Below, one piece after another: positions 25,981 to 38,273 of a stretch of 64,000 nt of DNA (position 1 is its first letter; the number at the start of each line of letters is the position of its first letter). A program made the position numbers and the translations under genes. A model generated the notes under the pieces. That model saw nothing but the letters and a program-made list of their open reading frames with translations, was not told the DNA's origin and searched no databases. The stretch is from a virus (Duplodnaviria; Caudoviricetes): positions 61,691 to 125,690 of the IMG/VR virus record IMGVR_UViG_3300028797_000116; one strand, given 5' to 3'.

Positions 25981-27621
25981 ATGGCAATTAATAATAATAT
26001 ATTCCCACCTGCGGTAGCTACTTATATGCCAGCTTTTTTAGTCGATAGTACAGTTGCTAGCGAAAATATTTGTAGAGTATATTTTTCTATTACTGCTTAT
26101 AATAATATTGAAAATTTAAAAAATATTCAAATTACAGTAACAAATCAAAATACTAATAAAACTGTTTTAGATAATACTAAATATCCATGTGAAATTATGT
26201 TAAGTAATATTAATGAAGATAATAATATAACTACTGATTATAAATATTATATAGATATTCTCCCTAGCGATATTCAAGGTGGATTTAAGAATAATCAATA
26301 TTATAAAATACAATTAAGATTTACTGGCGCGGATGCCGCTAATGTATCCTTAGATACGCCTCAAGCAATTGATAGCTGACTTGCCGCTAATTTACAATAT
26401 TTTTCAGAATGGTCTTCTGTATGTCTAGTTCGTGGAATTAGTAAACCTATTTTAGATTTACAAAATTTTGATCCAGAAGAAGTTGTAACATTACCAACTA
26501 ATAATGTTGATATAGTTGGTAGATTATCATTTACTGACTCTGCAGAACAAGATTCTTTAAAAAGTTATAGAATTAAATTATATTCTGAAGAAGATGAATT
26601 ACTTCAAGATAGCGGAAATATTTATACAAATACTTTTACTGATCCAAATGAAATAAATTATTCTCTTAATTATATGTTAGAAGAAGATACTTTATATTAT
26701 TTTACTTTAGAATATGAAACTGCTAATTTATATAATAAAATTTTAACTTATTATTTTGAAACTTCTGAAGGAAGTGGAGAAACTTTAAATGCAACTTTAG
26801 CAGTTGAACCCCAAGAAGAAAATGGTAGATTTAAAATTTCTTTAACTAGTATTGAACCTATTAGTGGAGATATAATTATTAGAAGATCTTCTAGTAGAAC
26901 TAATTTTACAATATGAGAAGATGTAAATAGTTGTTCATTTAATGCGGTCGCCGCAAATTATACTTGATATGATTATACTATTGAAAGTGGTATATTTTAT
27001 AAATATTTAGCTCAAAAGAAAAGTAATCAAGGAAGAGGAGTACCTATTTCCGCATCTGGTGAGCCTTTTATGCTATTGTTTGATGATATATTTCTAGTAG
27101 GGAAAGATAGACAATTAAAAATTAAATTCGATCCAAACATAAGTTCTTTTAAACGCACTTTAGGAGAAACTCATACAGAAACTATTGGAAGTCAATTTCC
27201 TTTTATTTATAGAAATAGTAATATGAATTATATTCAATTTCCTTTAGGAGGAACTATCTCTTGTTTAGAAGATGATAATAATTTATTTACATCAAGAGCA
27301 GAATTATTAGGTAGTAATAATTTAACTTATTATAATGATTATAATAATAATGAGTATAGAAGAATTAATGAGTATAATGATTGAGTTTATGAAAGAGAGT
27401 TTAGAAAATTAGTATTAGATTTTTTAACTAATGATGAAGTTAAATTATTTAAATCTACTACTGAAGGAAATTTTTTAATTAAAATATTAGATGTAAATTT
27501 ATCTCCTAATCAAACTTTAGGTAGACGAATTTATAATTTTACCGCTACTGCTTATGAGATAGATGAGTATTCTTTTTCTAAATGCAAAGATTATCAAATT
27601 TTATCCACTAATAATGATTAG
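25981..27621 (+). CDS. Putative minor tail/baseplate protein (code 4, 546 aa)
   Basis: Three in-frame fragments joined by TGA; ends TAG; beta-rich. Confidence 0.6.
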
Positions 27622-27631
27622 GAGGTAAAAT

Positions 27632-29677
27632 ATGAAAAAAATATATGAATATTTAGAAGATAAAGAGTTTTTAATACAAATAGATAATTTAAAATTAAAA
27701 GACCAATATGTAAAAATTACTGTTTTGAATTGAAAAGAAGAACCTATTCAAGAGATTCAAGGAATAGTAACTGGCGGGAATATCAATATTAGTGGAGATT
27801 CTAGCATGAGAAGAACGCTAAATTTATCTTGTTTATTAAATCCGCAAATAAATAATATTACTAATATAAATAATTTGCTCTCAATAAATAAAAAAATAAA
27901 TTTAGAAGTAGGATATAAAAATTTTACTTCTAAATATCTTAACCATCCTATTATTTGATATCCATTAGGAATCTATACTATGTTTGACCCGGTATTAAGT
28001 AGTTCTACTACAGAAACTACTTTACAAGTGTCTTTAAAAGATAAAATGTGTTTTTTAGATGGCGAATGCGGAGGAACCTTACCAGCCGCAGTTAGATTTG
28101 ATAGATATGAAGTTTTAGATGAAAATGGAGATTGGATATATGAATATCCTACATTTTCACAAATTATTACTGAAGTTGTTAATCATTATGGAAATGAATC
28201 ATTAGATAAAATAATTGTATCTGATATCCCTTTAAGAATTAAAAAAGTAATGAGATGAATAGGTGATACACCATTATATTTAATTAATGATAGTAATACA
28301 TATTCAATGTCTACTAATTATGCAGATACAACAGGACATACATATCAAACTTTTACTTATGGTATGGATGTAGGTTATATTTATGAAGATTTTATTTGTC
28401 CAAGTGAATTATCTGCAAATTCTGGAGAAACAGTTTGTTCTGTTTTAGATAAAATAAAAAATATGTTAGGTAATTATGAATATTTTTATGATATTAATGG
28501 AATTTTTCATTTTCAAGAAATAAAAAACTATTTAAATACTACTCAAGCAACAATTGATTTAAGAAATATGAATAAAGATAATTATTTAATTGATTTATAT
28601 AATGGAAAATCAGTTTATAATTTTAATGAAAGTAATTTAATATCTTCTTATTCTAATAGCCCTCAATATAGTAAAATAAAAAATGATTTTATTGTATGAG
28701 GAATTAAGAAAAGCTTAAATGGAATTGATATGCCTATTAGATATCACTTAGCTATTGATAAAAAACCTGAAATAGGTAATATATATGAAGTATTTTTTTA
28801 TCAAGACCCTGATGATGAATTGATAAAAGCAAAAATGCCTATTAAATATACTAATTATGCTGCTATTTCCGCCAATGTTGGACAAGTAGGTACTTATTAT
28901 CAAGCTATTGATACTGGATATATTTATTATTGAGATCCAGATGATAAGACATATAAAGCTGCGGATAGCTCTAATTTTGTAAAAGTTAAAACTACAGATT
29001 GAAGATCTGAATTATATTTACAAGGTATCCAAGCAGATCCTTTAGGTCTTGAATCTAATAATTATTATTTAGAATTAATAAATGAATGACCTAAAATCTA
29101 TGATTTAAAGAAAAATTCTTATATAGAAAATGGAGAAACTATTTATACAGGAGATTTTTTAGATGAAGTTTTAAATAATCCTAGTAATATAGATTATTAT
29201 TTAGATTTTATTGATTCTAGCGATTTAATATCTCAATTTAGTATATCTAATATAGGTAAAAGAACCCATATTATAAGTAATAATGATATAAATTGTATAT
29301 TTGAACCTAATATTCCTGATTTTGTTTTAATTGAATTAGGTCAACCAGATACTGCGGAAAAGCGTGTTGAATGTGAAAATAGAAATCAACCTTTTATTCA
29401 AATTAATACTGAAATTTATAATTTACTTGCTATTGGAGGTTCTAGTAATTCTGCATATAATGAAATTAAGATGCTATTGCACGAAGAAACTAGTTATAAT
29501 GAAAATATTACAATTCAAGCTTTACCTATTTTTTATTTAGAACCTAATACAAGAATTAGTGTTTATAATAAAAATAGTAATATATATGGAGATTATATAA
29601 TCTCTAATATTTCTATTCCTCTTGAATATAATGGAACAATGACCATAAATGCAAAAAGAGCTTTAGAAAGATTTTAA
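27632..29677 (+). CDS. Putative tail hub protein, DUF5048-like (code 4, 681 aa)
   Basis: AGGAGG RBS; four in-frame fragments; GDSSMRRT, LKDKMCFLDGECGG, EYFYDINGIFHFQ, C-terminal LPIFYLEPNTRI. Confidence 0.6.
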
Positions 29678-29705
29678 AAATAACTCTGCGGAGTTATTTT
29701 TTTTT
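29677..29705 (+). terminator. Rho-independent terminator
   Basis: AAAATAACTC-tgcg-GAGTTATTTT + T-run. Confidence 0.8.
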
Positions 29706-29890
29706 GCTTATTTTTTTATAGCAAATTTTCTATTTTGGCAAGAAAAAATAAAAAATATGATAAAATGATTATTGGTTTTAAAAATTTTATTTTTCCTGTT
29801 AAATTAATGAAATTTTAATAAAAATTTGACAAGTTTAAAAAATGAGTTTTAATAAAAACTTATATATAAACAGAAAGAGAGGAGATTAAT

Positions 29891-30292
29891 ATGAATTATT
29901 ATCCAAACAATTATTATAATAACTATTCTTATGGAAATATGTATCAGCCTCAACAATCTCAATCTACAATTATAGGATTACAAGGTAAGGTTGTTGATAG
30001 CATAGATATGGTTAAAGCTAATGAAGTTCCATTCGGCGGATTTGGAGTTTTTCCAAAAGGAGATTTAAGTGAAATTTATGTAAAGTCTTGGAATGGAAAT
30101 GGAACTACTCAAATTAATACTTATAAACCTATTATAGCAGAAGAAATAACTAAACAAGACAGCGGAGATGAATTATTAGAAAAAATTAATATGTTGAATG
30201 AAAAAATAGATAAAATAATTGCGGCAGGGCCAGTTCAACCGATCTCTAAAGCAACTACCGCCGCGAAGGAGGAGAAGGTAAATGCTTATTAA
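29891..30292 (+). CDS. Unknown module gene 1 (N/Y/Q-rich N-terminus)
   Basis: 133 aa; GAGGAG RBS; EIYVKSWNGNG motif. Confidence 0.65.
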   Translation: MNYYPNNYYNNYSYGNMYQPQQSQSTIIGLQGKVVDSIDMVKANEVPFGGFGVFPKGDLSEIYVKSWNGNGTTQINTYKPIIAEEITKQDSGDELLEKINMLNEKIDKIIAAGPVQPISKATTAAKEEKVNAY

Positions 30293-30533
30293 AAGTCCTC
30301 AAGATATGTTAAAATTAATTAGTAGTTTTAAAAATCAAGACCCTTCAGCTCTTGTTTCTAATATGGTGAATGAGGCTGCTAGTCAAGGAAATCCAATTAT
30401 GCAGAATTTAGCTGATTTAATTAAAGAAGGAAAGACTAATGAAATAGAAACAGTTGTTCGTAATATTGCTAAAGAACGCGGAATGGATTATGATAAAGAA
30501 TTTAAAGCTTTTAAAAATTTTTTTAAGCTTTAA
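30282..30533 (+). CDS. Unknown module gene 2 (small helical)
   Basis: 83 aa, overlaps gene 1. Confidence 0.65.
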   Translation: MLIKSPQDMLKLISSFKNQDPSALVSNMVNEAASQGNPIMQNLADLIKEGKTNEIETVVRNIAKERGMDYDKEFKAFKNFFKL

Positions 30534-30570
30534 AGATATAGATATATATTTATAAGAAAGGAGAGTTTAT

Positions 30571-31389
30571 ATGTTTAGCTCAAATAATGGTTACAGCTTA
30601 GCGGATATAGCTGCCGCAACTGGAAATCGTGATGGAGGTTTCTTTGGAAATGGCTTCGGTAGCGATGGATGGTGGATTATTATTTTATTCTTATTCGCAT
30701 TTGGCGGATTTGGAGGAAATGGTTGGTGAGGAAATGGCTTTAATGGTGCTGCCGCACAAGGAGCATTAACAAGAGCTGATCTAAACCAAGAAATGGGATT
30801 CTCAGATTTACAAAACACAATGAGAAGCACTAGAATTGATTTAAGTAACGATTATCATGATTTATCTACAAGTGTTTTACAAGGTATTTGTGACTTAAAT
30901 GGAACTATTAACGGAGTTGGAAACGCAATTACTGGAGGTATTACTAATTTAGGATACCAAGTTCAAGCAGGATTAAATGATGTTAACGTTAATGGTATGA
31001 GAAATACTTTTGATATTGGAACTCAAATTACTGCATTAGGTAATCAAATGTCTAGCTGTTGTTGCGATATGAGATACCAAGTTGAAAAAGGTTTCTCAGA
31101 TACTAACTATAACTTAGCAATTCAAAATAATGCAATTCAACAAGCTATTTGCGACCAAACTAGAGATATAGTTGACAATCAAAATGCTAATACTAGAGCT
31201 ATCTTAGAAAGATTAACTAATGATAAAATTGCTGCATTAGAAAGCGAAAACCAAGGATTAAGATTAGCTGCATCTCAAGCTGCACAAAATCAATACTTAG
31301 TAGATGCTTTAAGACCAAGTCCAGTTCCAGCATATAATGTACCAAATCCTTATTGCTGCAATGGATATTATAATAACTATAATTTTTAA
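30571..31389 (+). CDS. Unknown module gene 3: Gly-rich TM + coiled coil with CCC motif (code 4, 272 aa)
   Basis: MFSSNNGYSLADIAAATG...WWIIILFLFAFGGFGGNGW-TGA-GNG...SSCCCD...TRDIVD...PVPAYNVPNPYCC. Confidence 0.75.
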
Positions 31390-31420
31390 TTTAAAAAATA
31401 ATAAATGGAGGTAATAAAAG

Positions 31421-31846
31421 ATGGCAGAATTTACAGCAGTGGCACAACAAACAGTTGCGCCAAACCAAGTAGTTTTATTTACAGATGTCGCAGTACGTGG
31501 CAATAACTCCATAATGCATAGAGAAGGTAGTGGGTTAGTTTCTTTAAGAGGTCTAACTTGCTGCCAACCTCGTGCAAGATTTAAAGTATCTTTTGGAGGA
31601 AATATTGCAGTTCCAACTGGTGGAACAGTAGGTGCAATTTCAATAGCATTTGCTCTTGATGGAGAACCTGTAGCTAGTTCAAATATGATAGTTACACCTG
31701 CAGCAGTTGAAGAATTCTTTAATGTGAGTAGAGAAATGAATATAGATGTCCCAGCAGGATGTTGTGTCCAAGTTAGTGTAGAAAATACAAGTGAAGGCAA
31801 TATTTTAGTTGAAAATGCTAATTTAATTGTAGAAAGGGTGGCGTAA
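31421..31846 (+). CDS. Unknown module gene 4: all-beta domain, BclA C-terminal-like
   Basis: 141 aa, two CC pairs, ends ENANLIVERVA; fold resemblance judged by eye. Confidence 0.6.
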   Translation: MAEFTAVAQQTVAPNQVVLFTDVAVRGNNSIMHREGSGLVSLRGLTCCQPRARFKVSFGGNIAVPTGGTVGAISIAFALDGEPVASSNMIVTPAAVEEFFNVSREMNIDVPAGCCVQVSVENTSEGNILVENANLIVERVA

Positions 31847-31847
31847 T

Positions 31848-32381
31848 ATGGAAAGATTAAAAGCTATGAAAGAAAGATTAATGACTTGTGTTGAAAGTCA
31901 AATGGGAGATTTATCTAATACTAATGCTGCGGAATTAGGTGAAGTAGTAGATATGATTAAAGATTTAGAAGAAACAATTTACTATTGCACAGTTGTTAAA
32001 GCTATGGAAGATAGAGATGAAAAAGAAAAAGAAATAATGTATTATCCAGTTATGTATATGGATGGAGATACTAGACATTATAGAACTAGAGCATATCCAT
32101 CTTCAGAACGTATGTATTACGGAAGTGCTTATGACCGTGGAATGCATGATTATGATATGATATATCCAAGAGATTATCGTGAAGGAAGAAGTGGAACATC
32201 TAGACGTATGTATATGGAATCTAAAGAAATGCATGAAGGAAAAGAAAAACAAATTCATGAGTTAGAAAAATATATGCATGAATTAAGTGAAGATGTTATG
32301 GATATGATTAATGATTCTACTCCAGAAGAAAAAGAAATTCTTTCTCATAAACTTATGACTTTAGCAGAAAAAATAAAATAA
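31848..32381 (+). CDS. Unknown module gene 5 (Met/Tyr/Arg-rich)
   Basis: 177 aa; ELGEVVDMIKDL; low-complexity middle. Confidence 0.65.
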   Translation: MERLKAMKERLMTCVESQMGDLSNTNAAELGEVVDMIKDLEETIYYCTVVKAMEDRDEKEKEIMYYPVMYMDGDTRHYRTRAYPSSERMYYGSAYDRGMHDYDMIYPRDYREGRSGTSRRMYMESKEMHEGKEKQIHELEKYMHELSEDVMDMINDSTPEEKEILSHKLMTLAEKIK

Positions 32382-32382
32382 A

Positions 32383-32700
32383 ATGTTTATATTTAATGGA
32401 ATAGGATGAAAAGTTGAATTTACAAGTCCTCATAATCCAATTTTTATTCGTGAGGATGGAAGGCGCACAATCGGCGCATGTGATAATGATACTAAAATCA
32501 TATATTTAGCAAATAATTTAAAAGGAAGTATGCTAAAGAAAGTACTTTGTCATGAAATAGTACATGCCGCGATGTTTTCTTATAATATTTATCTTTCTCT
32601 CGAACAAGAAGAAATAATTGCGGATATAATTGCTACTTATGGACAAGAAATAATAACTATAACAAATAAAGTATTTAAGAAATTACAATCTCAATTGTAA
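32383..32700 (+). CDS. Unknown module gene 6: small zincin metallopeptidase (code 4, 105 aa), absent from ORF track
   Basis: MFIFNGIG-W-KVEF...VLCHEIVHAAM...EQEEIIAD (HExxH plus downstream Glu). Confidence 0.7.
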
Positions 32701-32786
32701 TTTCTTTTTTTTTGGTCAATTATAATTAACTATTTTTAAATAAAAATTAAATATAAATAGAAAATTTTAAAAAGGAGGCTGATACT

Positions 32787-33173
32787 ATGTTTAAAATAGA
32801 TGCGGATGGAACAACTTTAAAAGTAACTAGGGGCGCCTCAGGTACTCTTACTTTTGGGGCAACAGACCCAGAAGGTAATCCTTATACATTTTCTGCCGGA
32901 GATGTTTTAAGATTAAATGTTACTAAAGAAGGTAAAGAAAATTTAGTTGTTATGTCTGTTGATTCAATAGTAGAGGAAGATAGCCAAGAAGTTTCTTTGT
33001 CTGTCACAAGCTTCGATTCTAAAATAGGAACTGTAATAAATAAACCGACTGATTATTGGTATGATATAGAATTAAATCCAGATTCATCTGCTGCACAAAT
33101 GCTACTTGGATATGATGAAGAAGGGCCTAAAATTTTTAGATTGTATCCAGAAAGTATAAAGGAGGAATCATAA
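32787..33173 (+). CDS. BppU N-terminal-like structural protein
   Basis: 128 aa; VTRG...YTF...YWYDIEL pattern. Confidence 0.5.
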   Translation: MFKIDADGTTLKVTRGASGTLTFGATDPEGNPYTFSAGDVLRLNVTKEGKENLVVMSVDSIVEEDSQEVSLSVTSFDSKIGTVINKPTDYWYDIELNPDSSAAQMLLGYDEEGPKIFRLYPESIKEES

Positions 33174-33174
33174 T

Positions 33175-33705
33175 ATGGCTAATTTAAATGGTAAAGTTGA
33201 AGATACTAATATAGGTTTTAATATTTCAAATTTAGGTCTTAGAGGTCCTAAAGGAATAGATGGAGTTGGAGTAGTATCTGCAATAGTAAATAATAATTAT
33301 GAATTAGTAGTTACTTTAACTAATGGATCTATTTATGTTTCTCCTAGCCTAAAAGGTCCTAAAGGGGATTCTGTGGAGTATGATGACTCTGAATTACGAG
33401 CTTTAATTGATGATAGATATACAAAAGAAGAAGTCAATGCAATGATTAGCGCAATTCCTAAATTTGCTATTAAAGTTGTAGATAGCTTACCTGTAAGTGA
33501 AATAAGTACCACTACTATTTATTTATTAAGAAATAGTGAAGATGAAACAGGTAATTTATATGATGAATATATTTATACTAATGATTGAGAAAAATTAGGT
33601 ACTCAAACAGTCGATTTATCTGATTATCCTACAACTGAAGATATGAATGCGGCAATAGATGAAGCAATTAATAGTATTACTAATGGAGACGAGGTAGAAT
33701 TTTAA
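33175..33705 (+). CDS. Short fibre/linker protein with collagen-like triplets (code 4, 176 aa)
   Basis: GLRGPKGIDG, KGPKGD; YDEYIYTND-W-EKLGT; TAATG overlap with next gene. Confidence 0.6.
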
Positions 33706-34292
33706 TGAAAAAGAAAAAAGTACTAGTTACAGAAGACTATTTAAATAATGTAGCTAATAGTATTCGTAACAAAAATAATACTGAAACAAAATATAAACCT
33801 GAAGAAATGAGTACAGCAATAGATAATATTGTTACTCCATATGCACCTAGATTTATTTCTTTTAGAGAATACAAGGGATATGAATTAAATAATGAATTAG
33901 CGAACTTAGATACTTCTAATTTACAAACTATGGCAACAATGTTTTATTATTGTGATTATTTAGAAAATTTAAATATGTCTAAGTTTAATACAAATAATGT
34001 TACTAATATGAGATATATGTTTTATGCTTGTAGTCATTTAGTAAATTTAAATTTAAGTAGCTTTAATACTTCAAAAGTAACTGATATGAGTTATATGTTT
34101 GCTAATTGCACTAGTTTAGTTAATTTAGATATTCGTAATTTTAATTTTAATAAAGTAGATACATATGATAATATGTTTAATGGAGTTAAAACTAATTGCT
34201 TAATTATTGTTGCAGATGATACTGCAAAAAGATGGATTATGAATAGATTCCCTCAATTAACAAATGTAAAAGCAATTGGAGAATTAGAATAG
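33705..34292 (+). CDS. BspA/DUF285-type leucine-rich repeat protein
   Basis: Repeats of the form LNLSSFNTSKVTDMSYMFxxCxxL. Confidence 0.8.
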   Translation: MKKKKVLVTEDYLNNVANSIRNKNNTETKYKPEEMSTAIDNIVTPYAPRFISFREYKGYELNNELANLDTSNLQTMATMFYYCDYLENLNMSKFNTNNVTNMRYMFYACSHLVNLNLSSFNTSKVTDMSYMFANCTSLVNLDIRNFNFNKVDTYDNMFNGVKTNCLIIVADDTAKRWIMNRFPQLTNVKAIGELE

Positions 34293-34297
34293 CAAAT

Positions 34298-34331
34298 AAA
34301 AAAGAGATGGTTTAATCCATCTCTTTTTTTT
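34298..34331. terminator. Bidirectional terminator between the convergent arms
   Basis: AAAAAAGAGATGG-tttaat-CCATCTCTTTTTTT. Confidence 0.85.
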
Positions 34332-34839
34332 ATTCTCCTCAATTGAATTCATTATTATCTTGTTCTTTGTATTGCGCTAATCCTATACAAATTGCATCAG
34401 CTTCATCATCATTTACATTGATATTATATTTATCTTTTACAAATTGTATATCTGCTTCTTTTAATGTAGCTCTTTTTATACCTCTTCCATTTTTAATACC
34501 TAGTGTTGCACGCCAAGAACTAGGATAAATATAATCAATATCTATATGCGGAAATTTTTCATATAATAGAAATGCGGTTGCCGCTTGAAGTCACATAAGA
34601 GCTCGATGAGTTTTTGTATTTCCAACTCCATAACCGCCTTCAGGTCTGACTTCTTCTAGAATAATCTTGCTTACAGGATATTGGGCAAGGATTCCCGCAA
34701 TTCCATCTTTCATCTTATATATTCTTTTTATTAAATCAGTAGAAGCTGAAGTAATACATCCATGGTCTATTAATTCTCCATTATCAAAATATGCTCATCC
34801 AGAGCTTTTTGTACTAAGATCCAATGCTAGGATTTTCAT
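34330..34839 (-). CDS. RuvC-like Holliday junction resolvase (code 4, 169 aa), absent from ORF track
   Basis: MKILALDLSTKSSG-W-AYF...IILEE...YPSSWR...NDDEADAICIG. Confidence 0.8.
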
Positions 34840-35926
34840 CTTTAATCACCTCAATTAATTTTACATAAGGCTCTAACATGCTATTTTCACCTAATAATAA
34901 ATCTAATCTATCTTTAGACACTACTCATCTTGAACCTTCATTTGGAACATAACCTAATTCTATATCTACATATCCTCTATCTAAATAAGTTCTTAAAGCT
35001 TCAACTCTATAACGCCATTTTCTTTCTTCTGGATATGTAGTTTTACTTTTAGTAATAAAATTATCTCATTTTGTTTGTGGTAATTGGTAATTTATATTAA
35101 ATTTTTTTTCATATATTTCTTTTGCAGGAATATTATTCATATCAAAAGGTAGTATAAAGCCACAATTATTATCAATATTTAATTCTTTTAAACATTTCCA
35201 AGGAGTTACTATAACTGGAACACCTAAAAGAAGACTTTCTATCATAGTATAACAGTAAGCTTCAGTATCACTTAATTGGACAGTATAATCTGCTTTTGCT
35301 ATATAATCTCTAATATTTAATTGAGGTTCCATAAATATGATTCTAGGATGTTTTATTGCTTTAGTATCATTAGTAAATATTGTTCATATATAAGGAATTC
35401 CTGCATTATCTAATGCTTTTGCTAATTTAAGTATTCTATCTTTTCCTTTTTCTCTTGTTAATCTTGTTGCGGAAATAAGATATAGAATTCTTTTAGGTTT
35501 TTCTATTGTAATAGGATTATAACATAATGTACAAGGTAAACCAGTTAATTCTGTAAAGGCATCACATACAGATTGACTTACTCCAATATATTCATCAATT
35601 TTAGGATGAACATTTGGATTAATACCTAAATCTTTATAATTAGCATGAATAATTTCATAATATTTTTCTGCTTGTATGTTATCAATAGGTCTTAAATTAT
35701 AATTAAAAAATACATTTTTACATTTTATTTTTTGTCCATTATAAGGTACTACTCTTACTAATTGTTTTAATCTTTTTATTTGATCTAAATCTCCAGTAGA
35801 ATAAAATATAGTAATATCATTATCACAGTATTTTTTTGCGATTTCATAAAAAAATGTTTCTACTCCACCTATTTTATTAATTCTATCAAAATAGAATATA
35901 TTAGTATAATATTTTTCTTCTTCCAT
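34814..35926 (-). CDS. Glycosyltransferase, GT-B/GT4-like (code 4, 370 aa)
   Basis: IGGVETF, SATRLTREKG, ADYTVQLSDTEAYCYTMIESLLLGVPVI; fragments joined by TGA. Confidence 0.8.
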
Positions 35927-35929
35927 ATT

Positions 35930-36505
35930 TTATCCTTTCCAATTTGCAGATAATCCATTTTCATTACTATTATAATAATAAAGATAGTCAGTAATTTTTT
36001 CTTCTTTACCTTTTAATGCTGTGGTATTAAAATCATAATCTTCTGCAAATTTTTTATTATTAAAACGAATATTTTTTAAATTATTTCTATTATAAATAAT
36101 TCCTCAAACGCTACAATTTCAATCTGGCCTTCCAGTAGTAACATCTACATAGAAAGATTTATCTATTTTTTCTCAACTCATTAAGCAATAATCAAATCTT
36201 GATATATTAATTTTATTTATTATTTTAGATATAAAATCTTTTGAAACTAAATCATCTGCATCTACAAAAGTAATATAATCTCCTTTTGCAACATCTAAGC
36301 CATAATTACGCGGAATTCCCGCGCATCCGCTATTTTGAGGAAGATGAATTATTATTGCATTTATGTTATCTAACTTTTGTTCATGGCATCCATCATCTAT
36401 AATAATTCATTCTACTTCATTAGTTAATTGAGGTTCTAAAATATTAATTAAATTTTGAAGATAGTTTAAACAATTATAATAAGGAGTTATTATACTTAAT
36501 TTCAT
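35930..36505 (-). CDS. Glycosyltransferase family 2 (code 4, 191 aa), absent from ORF track
   Basis: MKLSIITPYYN...IIDDG...PRNYGLDVAKGDYITFVDADD...AEDYDFN. Confidence 0.8.
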
Positions 36506-37299
36506 TATTGCCAAGCCTCCCCGCGTTCTATATTTCCTTTTGCTTCTGCTATTTTTCATAATCTTCTTTTTTCACAATAATCATGATTGCATTTTAAATC
36601 TAATAAACTTTGATAAAATTTAAGCATTGACTTTTCTCATTTTGCATTTTGCAATTTTTTGTTTTTTTGTGAACTACATTGATTAGGATTTAATGTATTA
36701 TGACAAACTGCGGAAAGTTGTAAAACTTTAAAATTTGTTAAAACATCAATTTGTTTAATATGTTGAATTGCATCTTCCATTAATGTATCTTCTTCAAAAA
36801 GTATCATTTTATCAGCTCTAATACATTTTATTCAAGAAGCAACATAACATGAGTTAGCTAATTCATCTAAATTTTTTTCTTTTAACCATATAGTAAATTG
36901 TCAATTATTATCAGTTAATATATCAAAAGATAGTCTTATTAATTCAGGTTCATTATTAGTAATAATAAAATCATAGATTTGTTGAAAAATAGTATTATTT
37001 AAAAATCAGTCATCACTATCTAAAAATAAAAAATATTTTCCATTTGAATTTTTAATTCCTATATTGCGGCTGCCGCCATTTCAGGCTTTTTCTTTTAATT
37101 CTATTAATTTTGTATTTCTATTAGGATATTGATTAAATACTTTTTTAATAACTTCAATGCTATTATCTGTTGATACATCATCTATTACAATTAATTCATA
37201 ATCAGTAAAAGTTTGATTTAATACTGATTTTAAGCATTTTTCTAAATAAGTTGAATTATTATAATTAGGAATTATAATACTAAAAAATTTTTGTTCCAT
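36505..37299 (-). CDS. Glycosyltransferase family 2 (code 4, 264 aa)
   Basis: FSIIIPNYN...IDDVSTD...GGSRNIG...FLDSDD-W...MED. Confidence 0.85.
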
Positions 37300-37301
37300 A
37301 T

Positions 37302-38246
37302 CTACACCTCAAACGAACTTTTGTTTGGAAATTTATTTTGTAAAAAATTTATAAGAGATTGTTTTATTTCTTCAAAATGACCTGTTACTAAATCTACATC
37401 ATTAAAACAAATCATTTCTTTATCTTTATAATTATAGAAATTAATTCCAGGTTTTAATGCAATATAAGCACTATTATTATACATAGTATTTTTTGGTTGT
37501 ATATTACAATTTTTTGTTAGTTTTAAGATATTGCTATAAATATTTGCATCTAAATTAGTTTTATATCTAAATTTACTTTTTATTTGAGCATTTAGAATTT
37601 CATTATAATTTTCTTTTAATATTTGTTGTTCAAAAGATTTTTTTCTTGCTGCGGGTAAATGATAAAAATGATATTTAATTTGTTCATTTGTATATTTTTT
37701 TTCTAAATCAAAATTATTATTCATTACATGAAGAAATTCATCTCCATCAAAGAAATATCCATAAGGAATTTGATTATCTTCATGTTGTGCAACATTATTA
37801 ATAAAAAATTTTTCTTCTTTTATAGGATTAAAAAAGAAACAATCGTCATCACACATAATATAATTTTCACTTAAGTCAGGAATTTGATTAATATATAAAT
37901 GAATAGTCATTCCATTAAAAGTTGGAAGCAATTCTTTTGGAATAAATTCATTATGATATACTATTCGTAATTTTGGGTTATTTTTATTTAATCATTTTGG
38001 AATTTGATTTTCATTTTGAATTATAAAAAATATTTTATTAACTCATGGGCAGTTTTGTTCTACTCCTCTAAATCAATATTGCATAAAGTCTCAATTTCTA
38101 GTTCTTTCTTCTCCAAAAGCTTGTGGGCTATTTGGATTTATTATATTATTAATAATTTCATATTGTTTTCAATAATTAAAATTTTGTCTTCAAATAGGGT
38201 CTTGATCATCTAAATATGAAACTACTATATCTATTTTATTATTCAT
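37302..38246 (-). CDS. Stealth-family hexose-1-phosphate transferase (code 4, 314 aa)
   Basis: IDIVVSYLD (CR1); [24 protein letters not shown]...PK-W-LN...IVYHNEFIPKELLPTFN...LSENYIMCDDD (CR2); MICFND (CR4); these Trp are all TGA. Confidence 0.85.
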
Positions 38247-38273
38247 AACAAAATCCTTCTCTCTTTATATTTA

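Noticed and set aside
8151-29677. Apparent mass pseudogenisation of tail genes (dozens of short ORFs)
   Set aside because: Fragments are in frame and separated by TGA; they form intact genes under code 4
30727-30729. TGA in a Gly-rich tract (GW-TGA-GN) suggesting TGA=Gly (code 25)
   Set aside because: Single ambiguous site; the diagnostic motifs elsewhere require Trp
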